DNA of 64,000 nucleotides, taken from contig NC_134027.1 in the NCBI RefSeq assembly GCF_964204645.1, forward strand, positions 14,354,485 to 14,418,484, read 5' to 3'. This stretch comes from Tubulanus polymorphus. Lineage: Eukaryota > Animalia > Nemertea. Below, piece by piece: positions 51,089-63,246 of the stretch (its first letter is position 1; every line of letters begins with the position of its first letter). A model generated the notes under the pieces. That model was not told the DNA's origin. It ran no database searches and was given only the letters and a program-made list of their open reading frames with translations. Made by a program: the position numbers and the translations under genes.

Positions 51089-51388
51089 TTTAATACTAAA
51101 TTTTTTATTAAAATTGATTTTAGAAGTTCAATGATTTATATGTTATTCATGTATATGAATATTTTAAGAGTAATAGGGGTAATGGGCTTTCGGGTTAAAG
51201 GTTGAATGGTCGAGTCCATTAATAACAAATATTAAGAGTAATTTAAAACTATAATATATTTTCATAACCGTGTGTATTTCAGTTGAACAATAGAATAATA
51301 ATTATTATTTGAATATATTTGATTATATGAATTTGTGTATTGTAAATAAATCAATTGGTCGCGGAGCGGAGCGGTAGCGAAGTGGAGC
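50975..51388 (-). repeat. Right TIR of copy B (414 bp)
   Basis: Reverse complement of 31529-31942; ends GCGGAGCGGAGCGGTAGCGAAGTGGAGC. Confidence 0.93.
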
Positions 51389-51479
51389 AAAATATAGATG
51401 TTCCAAAAAAATATAGATGTTCCATTGCCAGAAAAACCCAGTATATTAGGGGTTGACTGAAGTAATTATCAAAAAGATC

Positions 51480-54400
51480 ATGGGAGAAATGTTAGTAATA
51501 ATCATACATGCTCATACCATTTGGAATCTAGAAACTAGATTTATAACATATATTTCAAGTCTCGTGCAGAGTCTGTGCTAAAAACTGTATTCGATTCATC
51601 CAGATATTGTCATGTCCATTTATTATACTGCAGATAGGGAAAATAATCTAACAAAATTCATAAACGGAATATTTGGTAGATGCTGAATTAGCCTTTTTTT
51701 GTAACAAAACTAGAGCAGTATAGTAAATGTCCTTGACGGAACTAGTAATTACTTGAAAGATTGATAATCCGTCAGCGATCAGTCACCGCCTCATAAACCT
51801 AAGATTTTAAAATGTCACCAAAGAAATATTCATGACTCTATGAAGACCTTCAGGACGATGGATGATACTCGACAACTTTTGGCAGTCACCATTTTTCATT
51901 GAAAGCTGTGCTGAATAAGCTCGTTCATTTGTCAGGACATCTCCACCAAATACAATTTTCCCGAGACATGACGGTGTACCTGCATTCAGCAGTGGTACAT
52001 ACTCACTCTGAATGTGCTGAAGGATACGTATGATTCCTGCTGTTTCATTTTCCGATTCTTCCATTAAATCCACTAATAAATACTCTGATTTCGATTTGCT
52101 CTGATTTATGTATGGATGAGGGATACATTCAGGCAGCAAACTAGCATAAGGTATCAAACACTTTACGTAACAGACGAGCACTTTCGCAACGTGGAAAGAC
52201 ATACAATCAATAAGTTTATTACAATCTTCATCAGTGGGTAAGAAATGAATTTCTTGAAAGTCAGCGATGTCAGCCTTTGGTTTTGTGTCGTCAAGCGTTT
52301 CAGCTGCTAAAAACCTTTTCTTGACACAAACATTTAAAAACCAATGAATACTTTTCCTTTGAAGCTCCGAGGTCATATAGGTAGGCGATATAGTTAAGTC
52401 CAAGTTATCTCCAAAAACATCAAATGGAGTTGTTTCTATCGTACAATCCAAGCTCTTCAAATACTTACACGTAGCAGGAATCGATGCAACAGCAAACACT
52501 GGTGAACTACATGTAGTAGAATTACTTATAGGCATTCCATTTTTCATTAGAACATTGAAAGATTTGTTTTGTAAAGTTGTTTACTCATTATAACACGTAA
52601 AATACATCGGTCGATGCTTACTTTGGACGGGAAAACATTGGTTTGATTTTTTCATAGACACATGACTATAAACGGAACGACAATGGTTGAACGAAGAGGC
52701 AACTTTGACCACAGCTTTTGATTCACATTCTTTCTCATGTAATGTGACCTGATGACTTGGAAACTGTGTTTCAGTCCTCATAGGATCAGAACATATTTTG
52801 CTATGCCCTTCCTTCGTTACCGGATATTTCTCATAGTGTTTGACTATTTGATTTCTAGACTCCAGCACTTGCTTATCGCTAGCATAAAATCTTTTTTCTG
52901 TGTATAATGCATCGCCTGAATTTCTCTTTTTTTGTTGGGAATAGAACAATTCGATACACTGAGCCCCATGTGATTACACATTGTTATAACCTAAAAATAA
53001 ATTTCAATCATGTAGTCTACATCTGAATAAAAATCAAATGTTTTCGGTCAACTGCCAGTCCTTTCTGGTTCTAATAAGACTTCTATCAGGTATGTACCAC
53101 CAAAACTGATTGAGCTAGGCCACCTGATGTGCTCTCAAGCCAAGTTGAAATAGACATTAGTGTGGCAGGGGATTGTGCCGTGGCTGAGTGTAGCGATGCC
53201 TTCAGGTTCGAATCCTTGCCAAGGGAGGATGAAATATGAATGTAAGTGGAAATCTAATTGAACATAATCAGGCAAATTTTAAAAAACATTGAAACACTTT
53301 TCTACCGGTTAGCGTCTTACCTTATCTGACGTACCACCATCATCAAGAGCTAAACCAACAATATGCTGCATGACTGACAACATGCGATTACGACTGAACA
53401 GCATGATCGAGCCAGCCATTGCCATTTGCTGCTCCTTCTGGTAAGAAGTTGTGGTCCCATAGACTACGGTTCTTAAAACGTCAACAAACATCTTCGTCCG
53501 TTCTTGCCATTCATCTATGATAATATCTGGCTTGAAGTTCAGTAGACTAGTCACATCAGATGACCGTAAAACTGACGGTGGATCCATCGCGCACAGTGAA
53601 ATTATCTCCTGGTTCAAATGATGTAACATTAATTCGAATATCTCCGTTTTGTACATATTTACAATGGAAGCAACCACCACATGCCTTGGCTTTCCAGCAA
53701 CTAAGTTCATCAAAAATGCCCTCAGCTTTTTTTCGGAAGCCACGAAACGTCTAGTCTGCGATGGGTATGCAACAGTAACAGTGACCTAGATTCACAAAGA
53801 AAAGAAAAGAGAAAAAGACCAGTTGTAGAAACTTACTTGAAATTACTAGAACTACAATGAATTCCATGCTAGACTAAGCTCAGAACCTTGTAGCAGGCCT
53901 AACATATAAACAAGAAAATACAAACATTCCAGGACCAATGATCATACCTTTGTATTTTTCTTCTTGCAATACTCTTCATCTAACGCTAGTTTCTTCTTGG
54001 CTCTGGATGTAGAGGCACGCTGTAAAAGTAAATTTATATTTAGAATAGACAGCAGTAAACTTTATGAAGGCGATGGATCATTATCGACGATTAATAATAC
54101 TACAGCGGCATAATGATAGTCTACTTAAGTGAATTGTGTATTTTGTACCAAAGATTTAAATGCTACATACCGGTAATGCAAACGTAATGGTTCGTTTGCA
54201 CTTTTTAGACGAACGCTGCGCTGGTGATAGTATCTTCGAGTTAATTTTTGACAGGGGTGTCGAAATCTTCTGCACTTTTTCACGAGGTACAGGTGTCTGC
54301 CCACTGGGGATGCGACAACGTTTCACCGGTTTGGTATTCTCAGAGTCCGACTCAATTGGCAGTTCAAATTCATTAGTCTCGGCCACATCTAAAGATTCAG

Positions 54401-54672
54401 TGTTGACTGACAGTGACAATAATGTCAATACGTCATCCTGATGCGCATGTAATAGGCTCACAATATCTTGCTGCACATCTTTCAATTTGTTCGCAGCATT
54501 GGAAAATTTCGATAAACATTCACGACACAAGATTACTCGTTTTCGGTTATTGGTTTCCAAAAACGACATGTACAGCGATAATAACGCCCGGTTGGAAAGT
54601 GACTGAATCTATTCTCACGCGCGACCGAGAGTCATCAACAGACTTTTTGCACAGATCACAAATCTTTGACAT
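51480..54672 (-). pseudogene. AcademH-type (DUF6589-like) transposase, multi-exon and degraded
   Basis: N-terminal CDLC...CREC finger, helical exon 53309-53743, and core FGDNLDL..SIHWF..FGGDVLTNER..PEGLH. Confidence 0.75.
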
Positions 54673-54732
54673 TGTAACACGTACGCATCAGTAATTAAGA
54701 ACATCCAGCATCTGAACGGGATGAACGTACGT

Positions 54733-55941
54733 CAGGGCTGCCAACCTTTCAAAATTCCATTTAGGGATGAATGGCAGATTAATTAGGAATATTGAAGGTT
54801 TCAATAGGAATATATCGAAACCGAAGAAATTGTGACTTTTCCAAGTAGGAATATTTTGCTTTCAATTAGGAATACCTTTCACGTGTAATATATGAAAGCT
54901 GGATATGAAAATATGGAATTATTAGCAAAATAAAAAATCAGCAAATTCTACAGAATGTATTTTTTCTTTATTATTTTATGAAAGATAAAAATCAACAGTG
55001 TTTATCAAAAATATACAATAGACTAAAAAATAAGAACATAAAACTTGCATAAATTGTCAAACGAATTACATAACACTATACAGCTGTCATGCGAATATAT
55101 CCATTTCCAGCATCAATTCCACGATACTGTCCAAGAGAGACTCCACGTACAGAACTGAAAGATACAAACAGTAAAAAGTCTCTAAATCTACATGCTACTC
55201 GGTGGTGCTGCCATCTGCCAAATATGCGAACTAAAAGTTTACTTTGAGATGCACTGCTCGAAAGCATCTTAAATTATCTTTTTAAATCAAACTAACACAA
55301 GAGTGACAACATTAAGGTTCAAACTAGCAAAGCAATTGCTTACCGAAACATTTCAAAGAGTCCATACGTTGAAATCTAACCCGGATCTTCGAATGCTAAT
55401 CGCGCTGCGAAAACGAGCTAATTACCGCAGTAAACCGATTCTTCTCCGAAACGATGCGGAGCAATTTGACAATAACAATCACATTTTGCCACATGTCATA
55501 ATATTTTCACAAAAATGATTGAAAACAACGTATTTTAAAACGAATGAACTTTATTTTTATTCTTGAAACAAATTAAAAAGCTGCTCTCCTACTACGAAAT
55601 AATCGTACGCCATGCGTAGATAAAATCAATAACACAGCTACTCTCATACACACACACGCACGCACGCGCGCGCTAGTAAGCGCTGTTTATCGCCTGACCC
55701 ACGTACACAGTATATAGCCACGCACTCATCCACCACGGGCGTGCATATAAATTCCCCACCTATTCAATTCTGTTCTACCAAATCATCATATTGTGTTACA
55801 ACGCGCTGTCTGGCGGGTGGAAAATCGGACATCGCCGAAAAAGAAAAAAAAGTCGGAATTTTGTATACCCGATCGTATCGTCGGAATTTCTTCACGCAAA
55901 TCGGGAGGATTCCGAATAATTCGGGAGGGTTGGCAGCCCTG
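54733..55941. mobile_element. Non-autonomous hAT-type element, 1.2 kb
   Basis: 14-bp perfect TIR CAGGGCTGCCAACC; GTACGT flanks both sides (54727-32 and 55942-47), shorter than the usual 8-bp hAT TSD. Confidence 0.8.
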
Positions 55942-56607
55942 GTACGTGTATCGAGCAAAGCACACGAGAACGAACAAACAAACCATGCTTCGACAACCCG
56001 GAAATCATATAAATGGGAAAACCCGGGCGGAAGTATGGACCAAATGAAACATGATTTCTGATAGGCTGACAATGACATCACGGCAAAGCTGCGCATGTAT
56101 CTGCGCACACGGTAGTTTATGGCAGGGTTTCGTGCCGTGGCAATCTCGATGCCATCAGGTTCGAATCCCTGCAGAGGGAGGATGGAATTTCATGAATTTG
56201 CTGAATCACGCTGAATGCATAGCGGCTTCGAATCCCAGCATGAGGATGACAAATGACTGGTTTTTAATAATGAAATATTCAGTTGTTAAGTAGCACAACA
56301 CCACTATTAACCAAAAGCACTATTAAATAATGGCATATTTAAAAGAAAGATCTGAATATGGGCATCACCGTTTTTTAATGAGGTGGCAGCACTGTATGGA
56401 CTGAGCATTTGATCTTTAGTCAAAATTTTATTTATTTTAACTTCACAATTTTGTAAATAAGGTTGTTTTCAGCAAAAAACAAACGTGCCTATTTGAAACA
56501 CAAAACAATTCTGAGCATACTGAAACAGTAATCATTTGCCAGAGTACCATAGGTTAGTCGCCTATAAGTAACAAAAAATCACGGTTTTCACTTATATGTA
56601 TGTAAGA

Positions 56608-57934
56608 TGTCGAAAACTGGATACGTTCGTGTGAACATTGTGGAACTAGGAAAAATCCCCCTCATCCTGTTCGAGCCCCGTTGTTGCCAATTCCACAGAG
56701 TCACCCGTGGGATATGGTAGCTATGGATATATTAGGTCCATTACCAGTTACAGATAAAGGTAATAAGTATATTCTTGTTCTTGTTGATATGATGACCAAG
56801 TGGCCGGAAGCTTTTGCACTTCCCAACCAAGAAGCAGTAACCATTGCTCGTAAAATATACGAAGAGATATTGTCGCGACACGGTCCGCCTAGAGTGTTCC
56901 TCTCGGATAGAGGTCAAATCTTTCTTTCAAAACTTATGTCGGAGTTGTGTAGATTATTTAATACTACATGTACATAAGGTCAAGAACGAGTGGGTATAGG
57001 CCTCAAACAAATGGTATGGTAGAGAGATTCAATGGTTCACTGGTTGCTTCTTTGTCTCACTACGTTAATGAAAGGCATAGTGATTGGGATCTTTTTATTC
57101 CCAGTGTGCTTTACGCTTATAGAGTCTCTAATGCGACTGAAACAACACAATTTAGTCCATTCTTTTTAATGTATGGCCGAGAACCAGGCCTGCCGATGGA
57201 TATGGCACTATTGCAGCCAAATTTTAAATACCATGATGTGGAACATTTCATTGCAGATGTCATTTCAGGAATGACAGAAGCACAGGAATTGGCTTTAAAA
57301 CGTATACAAAAGGCTCAAAAGAAAATGAAAAGTCAATATGACAAAAAAGGCCTTCGATCCTCCGTTTAATATAGGTGATCGGGTGTGGATATTCACACCA
57401 GGAAAGGTTAAGAAACTCTCAACAAAATTACTACATCGCTGGACAGGTCCCTGGACAGTAAAGAAGAAAATTGGACCAAACACATATATGGTTAGTGACA
57501 GAAATAATACACTCAAGTCTAATCCAGTGCATGCCGCTAGAATGAAGTGGTATATTGGACCGGATCTTCGACCACCGGACCCAGGTATTGTGGTATAGAA
57601 TTTTCAGGATGATCAACTGGACCAACTCTCGCAGAAAGTGGGTCCCCCCAGTGGGCCTACTCAATATGTTATTAATGAAAGTATGAATAATCGAGGAACG
57701 GACACAGGAAACAGAAAAGTAGAAATCAAAGATAACGAAATATCGGAACAAATTTATTATGTAGAGAAAATTTTAAGGCATCGGAAGTCGAAAGGAAAGT
57801 TTCAATATCGCATAAAATGGTTAGATTTTCCTTCAGCGGAGAACATATGGGAGAAAAGTGAAAACCTTTCAGCGGCTATTCTACGAGAATATTGGGACAG
57901 AAAACCAAATAAACGTAAGAAACGAAAACATTAA
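56608..57934 (+). pseudogene. pol: Gypsy pol 3' part: integrase core, GPY/F module and chromodomain (frameshifted)
   Basis: (D)VENWIRSCEHC, VAMDILGP, LSDRG, YRPQTNGMVERFN, RWTGPW, YYVEKILRHR...YRIKWLDF...NIWE. Confidence 0.93.
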
Positions 57935-57962
57935 TGTTAAATCGGTTGTCTCTTTTCAGAAA

Positions 57963-60575
57963 ATGTTGACGATATGTGTGGCATATTTGATATTTATGAC
58001 AGAGGTTTTGGGGAAGCAACAGACAGTATTACGCCCGAGTTATGGGATCGCATTTCATCGTATTGGAGGTATTCAAGATGGAAAATCATTTTGGACACAT
58101 ACATTTGCTACACCCTTCATTAATTTACCTCAAGTTCCACCTATCACGGCATCGTGTGCTGACAAAGATTATGTTATTTGCAAACCTATTAAGGCAATGA
58201 TAAGTAAATTACAACGTATGAGAAAGTCATCACTTCAACATATTTCAGATAGGTTATAGGTGAAGTAAGACGGATGATTCCACTAACTATTAACTTACAG
58301 TCGGATAGAATTAGGCATAAGAGGGCAGCGCTAGGATTTTTAGGTAGTATTTTTTCTCCATTGTTCGGTTTAGCGACAGAATCAGAAGTTGCGGTTATTG
58401 GGGAACATATTAAAGCTATAGAAAAACAAGAACAATTGTCATCTGTTTTTATGACGAAATTAGCTGGTAAATTATCATCTTTTATTAATGCTACTGATTT
58501 TAGGATTAACAACGCATTTACAGCGTTACAAAGTAACCATGAACTCATTCAACAATTGGAGTCGCAAGTTCGTTTTCTTAAAACGAAAAGTGCAACCACA
58601 AATGACATGATAATTGCGGTCATTTATCTGATGCAGCATGTTGCTTCATATATAGAAACTACAAATAAGGATAACTGATTAGGTGCAAGGGGCAGAACGC
58701 CTTACACAAGGTTATTTACCTCGTGCCTTAATACCGCCTACTATGATAGCTAAGACTATAACTCAAATTTCGCAAGAAGTAGAACGAAAGTATTCGAATT
58801 TTAAGTTGGCACATCACGACGTTGCTTTTTATTATCAGTTCAGAGATATAAGGTTTGCGAGGTCAGAACGATTCATATATATATATAACTGTCAAGTTTC
58901 CTTTAGCGTCGTCAGATAACTATTTTGATCTCTACCGATTGGTAGTTTTTCCGCTTCCTATGAATGCGACAACCGTAAATACAACTATCATCACTAATGT
59001 AATGCCGTATTTTGGTGTAACTAGGAACAGTAATTTTTATACAACATTTGATGACACCTTGTATGCTTCTTGTGTAGGTCAAGATGTAAAAACTTGTCGA
59101 TCTATGACGGTATTGCGTCCTAACGCACAAACTAGTTGTGAAAGTGCATTATTTTTTGACAAACCAATTTTAGTACATAAATACTGTCAGTTTAGATTTG
59201 AAACTGGGGGACTGTTTGAGGGTGCGGTAGATCTTGGAAATGATAGATTCCTTGCAAGTGGAAGTGATACACAATGGACGATGATTTGTCCACCAAATCA
59301 ACCGCGAGCGCTGCCAGGATGTTTATTTTGTATAATTCGTCTCTCATGTGGGTGTATTCTAAAAAGCACAACGTTTTTGATACCAACAAGAATTGGTTCA
59401 TGTCATGTATCGGGAGAGATTACAATGTCGCATCCAGTAAACTTACCGGTGTTGCATTCTTTATTTTCGAAAAAGGACCTTAGATCGGTTACAGGGGGGA
59501 GTCATTATAATAAATCACCGAATGTTCCTTTACCAAGCTTAGGATTGGCTGAGGCTAAATGGAAAGATGTTGCTATGGTCGATCATAAATTTTCGGTAGA
59601 TTTAAAAAAATGGCAGGGAGTCTTGTAAAGGATAAATTAATCTTTAAATCAAAAGCAGACGCTTTAAAGTCGTTGCCTTCAATTGAAGATTACACTCCAA
59701 TAGGACTTGTTATTAATATTTTAGCAAGCTGTACGATAGCTATTTCTACTTTGTCTATGATTATCTCTATATTTGTTTGCTACAAATCAGGGGGTTTAGG
59801 TTTAGTTATGGGTGCATATGTTCCGTCAGTTAGGGCATATAATTTGTACGAGTCGTTTGATATTAATGAGTTAGCAAATCATATTAATTTTACTGAAATT
59901 GTTAATATTAAGAGTGAACACCCGATTAATTTTCGGGTAGATGTGTTTTTATTTTTAGTCATCGTTGTTGGGGTTTTACTTATTCTATTTAGACCAATTT
60001 TGATAGCGTGCTTGCGTCGACTTCGTCACTGTCTACCTGCTTGTTGCTGCTGCTCTGTACTCGACGAAGCCCCAGCCCGTTTGAAACTACGCTTAGAAAA
60101 CGGGGCTGGAAAGGTTGATTTGGAATTAATGAAACTTTTGGCTTGTTCGAATCGATGTGAAGTTAATGTTGCTCCGCCGACAGAAGTGCAATTGTCAAAT
60201 TTCTGCGGGAGTTCTGAATTAAATTTGCAGTGGCAAAATAAATCATTCAATTGTACTAATGGTACTAATTACATTTTTCCTTTGGATGTTACGATACCAT
60301 TGTCAACAAATTTGTCTAAATTGAAACAGATTCTGAATGGCAAAAATAAAATTTCCTTGGTTTTGGCATTTAGAAAATATGAAAAAGTTTTGGCAAAACC
60401 AAGTCATGCTGTTGTCGCTTCATTTACTAATGAAATCGATAATGATGGCATTAACGAAATAGTTACGTCAAATCAATTACAAACTTCGACGGAATATGAA
60501 ATCCCGTTAATAAATCAACTGGCTCCTAGGTTACAAAGTTTACCCCGAAAATCTTTGTATCCAAGTTTGACGTAA
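57963..60575 (+). pseudogene. env: Envelope glycoprotein (class I, F-like) with long C-terminal extension; stops and frameshifts
   Basis: Splice-acceptor-like TCTCTTTTCAG just before ATG 57963, signal peptide, furin site RHKR then fusion peptide AALGFLGSIFSPLFGLAT, heptad repeat, Cys-rich ectodomain and TM helices. Confidence 0.85.
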
Positions 60576-62428
60576 ATAATCGTTAAAGGTGAAGGATATT
60601 AAATGGTTAAATTTTGGAAAAATAAAGATACAATTTACGGTTGTATACTAGAGAAAATGGTACTAAGTGAGTTGCAGAGTAAGGTATCGGGTGTCAAAAT
60701 AATGTGGTTATGGTGTTAATTGCAATTATTGGTGATGAGTAGCCTAATTGAGGATAAGGTATATAAACAATTTCTCGGTTATAATGCAAATATAAATAAA
60801 TTAATCATAATTCAAACGGTTTGGCAAGAATGAAATTTATGAGGTGCACGTTTAATCTCCATTCGTTGAATCATGCAATAAAACCGATGAAGTGATTTGC
60901 ACACATCGATAGGTGGCAGAATTATGAATTGTCATTTTGTTTTTTCAACTTAATACAAATACATATATGATATATGTCATAATACACTATTGTATGAAAT
61001 TGATATAAAACAAGGGAATATATAAAATAGATAATTTAACGTTTTGTAGTTAATTATAAATGTTGTTAATCCCTTAGAGAAAGAGAATGAAATAGTTTTT
61101 GGTAATCCCTTTAAAAAAAAATATTTAAAAAAAATATGTATAATTTTTTGTTTATCCCTTCAGGAATAAATAAGGAAAAATAATTTTGTTAATCCCTTAA
61201 GGAAAAAGAAAGGAAAAATAATTTTGTTAATCCCTTAAGGAAAGAAAGGAAAATAATACTGTAATGAAAAAAAGGTACAATTATGGAAATATGATTGTGA
61301 TTCCGTAGGTTATAGCAAATTGCTTGCTTAGATAAAATAAGCATATAATTATTTGATATGACACGTAAGACACAGATAATAATGTGACATATAACTTGTT
61401 GTATACATGTTTTAGATTTTATTTTCCACATGATACTTCGCTATGTTTGTAACAGATCAAGAGGATAAGCATATAGTGAAAAAGTTCTGAAGAAACTATC
61501 GTAGAAGTGAAGTCAAGGATTTGATGGCTGGGACAACTTCAACAATAAACGATGACGGATTGGATGTTGAACGTGAATCGATGATTGAGAATAATATTTG
61601 TGTTTAAACGATTTGTTACATGTATATCTTAACACATGAATAGCTATATAAGAAAAGGCAATGATAATAAATATTCTATTGACTATGAAAGCAGGTTAGA
61701 ATCAGTAAACTTTACAATAATCAAATATTGAGATTAATTTCTTAAGTCTTTAATCTGGTTGGATTAAAACTGAATCATAACGTTAATGATTGAATTGTGG
61801 AATCATTACGGGAAGTTGTATAATGATACATTTACTTATAAACGTATACAAAAGGAATAGAGGGGGTCTGCGTGTCCTCCCCAGAAAATTTCGTGCAAGC
61901 AGGCGTGTTCTGGTGCAATCTGAGGCCGATAGATAGACTGGTTCCCGTTTATAGGTAGACTGGTTCCCGTTTACTTTGTCTTTGCATGTATTGATTTTAT
62001 TTTGCTAATTTAGCAAATGCAGACCATGAGCTGACGTTCGTCGACGTTTGAAAATTAAAAAAGGGGGTTCATTTTAACTACCGAATCCCCCCTAGCGACG
62101 CCCATGATTACTGATACACACACAGGCCCAGTTTTATAGACTGTGGTATTAACTTTAACCCGGGGGCTAACTCAATTAAGAAAAAAATTAATGTTAGAAA
62201 TGAAAAGCGTCCAAAAGAAAGAGTCCACAGTTCATCAAATCAATGCATGGTCTGATTTTCAATAACTGACCAATTCACCTAACATTGTCGGATAGAAATC
62301 CAAATGTTGCATTTTGTAGTAAACCGTTAAACCGTTTTTTACTTATTTAGTTTTTCTAAATAAAGATCTTCATCACATCAGCATATACATAGTTGTTGCC
62401 ATTTACTTTTGAGGATAAGCTTGTAGTC

Positions 62429-62468
62429 AATTACACAGAAACCCATCATGGAAAGTTTCTTTATGGTT
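62429..62468 (+). repeat. 3' end of a second HINE copy
   Basis: AATTACACAGAAACCCATCATGGAAAGTTTCTTTATGGTT is nearly identical to the reverse complement of 36085-36124. Confidence 0.75.
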
Positions 62469-62469
62469 A

Positions 62470-63232
62470 GAACAATATTAAGATGACAGGTTGGGCCAAT
62501 TCAATTATATATCTACTGTTAAATCAATTCTATCAAATTTAGGGTACTCAAATGTTTGGCGCAATTTGGGTCATCATTTAAATAGTATTATTTCGGGTAT
62601 TAGAAAGCTTCTGACAGCTATCTTTGTGGATCTCTGGCAAAAGGACACAAGATCAAGTGAGCATTCCAGTTAAAATTTCTATAAAGCAGTTAAAGCTAGT
62701 TTTTAGTAAAGAAAAATATGTGTTAGTGTTAAAAGATTTAGCCTCAGAAATGCTGTTGCTAAATTACGGACGTCTACTCACAGCTTACTAATTGAAAAAG
62801 GTAGACACGGTGGTATTGAAAAGGAAAAAACGTTTTTGCGATACCTGTAATGTGTTGGACGATGAATGTCACTTTTTTCCATTGAAAAAGGGACGCTAAT
62901 CTGAGAAAGGAATTGAATATATCTATCTTGGACGTTAATAGTTTAATCTCCACTTTCGACAACCTTAATTCTACAACCAGTATTGTTCAGCTAGCCAAAT
63001 TTATTAAATACGGTTTGCCATTGTCCTAATATTTCTTCGATTAATGTTTTTTTTATATTTTCAATTATGTTTTTCTTCATATGTAATTAGAGTCAATTAT
63101 GCCTCATTTTATTGCTTGTTCATCTCCTATTATGTATATGCTTGATTTTACCGAAACTGTATCAGTTGCAAACAATGTTTTTTTTCAATGTTTATGCTGA
63201 ATAAAGATTGATTGATGATTGATTGATTGATT
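62470..63232 (+). mobile_element. 5'-truncated LINE (CR1/L2-group) 3' end
   Basis: Degraded ORF2 tail RNAVAKLRTSTHSLLIEKGRH...FCDTCNVLDDECHFF, then AATAAA and a (GATT)n tail. Confidence 0.75.
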
Positions 63233-63246
63233 TAGATCTGGGTTTG

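Larger units (their letters stand above)
31345..51388 (+). mobile_element. Near-complete Polinton/adintovirus-like endogenous virus, copy B (~20 kb)
   Basis: 414-bp TIRs, pPolB, integrase, ATPase, capsid-like genes, dense gene packing and very low GC; no 6-bp TSD visible. Confidence 0.93.
29040..56191. mobile_element. AcademH-type DNA transposon (convergent RecQ helicase and transposase) with centre occupied by Polinton copy B; outer ends approximate
   Basis: ~110-bp inverted repeats at 29040-29151 and 56085-56191 enclose a RecQ-like gene (+) and a GDNLD/GGDVLT.ER transposase (-). No TSD was identified. Confidence 0.7.
16975..56607 (-). mobile_element. Helitron, 39.6 kb including nested insertions
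   Basis: On the minus strand it starts 5'-TCTTACATACATATAAG (56607) and ends CTAG-3' (16975). It sits between host A16974 and T56608 without a TSD and contains a RepHel gene. Confidence 0.93.
12922..60575 (+). mobile_element. Gypsy/Metaviridae LTR retrotransposon with chromodomain integrase and env, interrupted by a Helitron; 3' LTR not seen
   Basis: Order is PBS, gag remnant, PR-RT-RH-IN, chromodomain, env. The integrase frame is rejoined exactly when 16975-56607 is removed. Confidence 0.92.

Noticed and set aside
51110-51117. Mimivirus early promoter AAAATTGA in the TIR
   Set aside because: It points away from polB, is not repeated upstream of other genes, and is expected by chance in such AT-rich DNA.
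53163-53235. Functional tRNA genes here and at 10340-10370, 29040-29110, 30840-30912 and 56115-56185
   Set aside because: Only A/B-box-like motifs are present, with no complete cloverleaf, so they are treated as SINE-like.
60576-62100. 3' LTR of the Gypsy element
   Set aside because: No match to 12922-13331 was found; there is only AT-rich UTR-like sequence with short TTAATCCCTT repeats.
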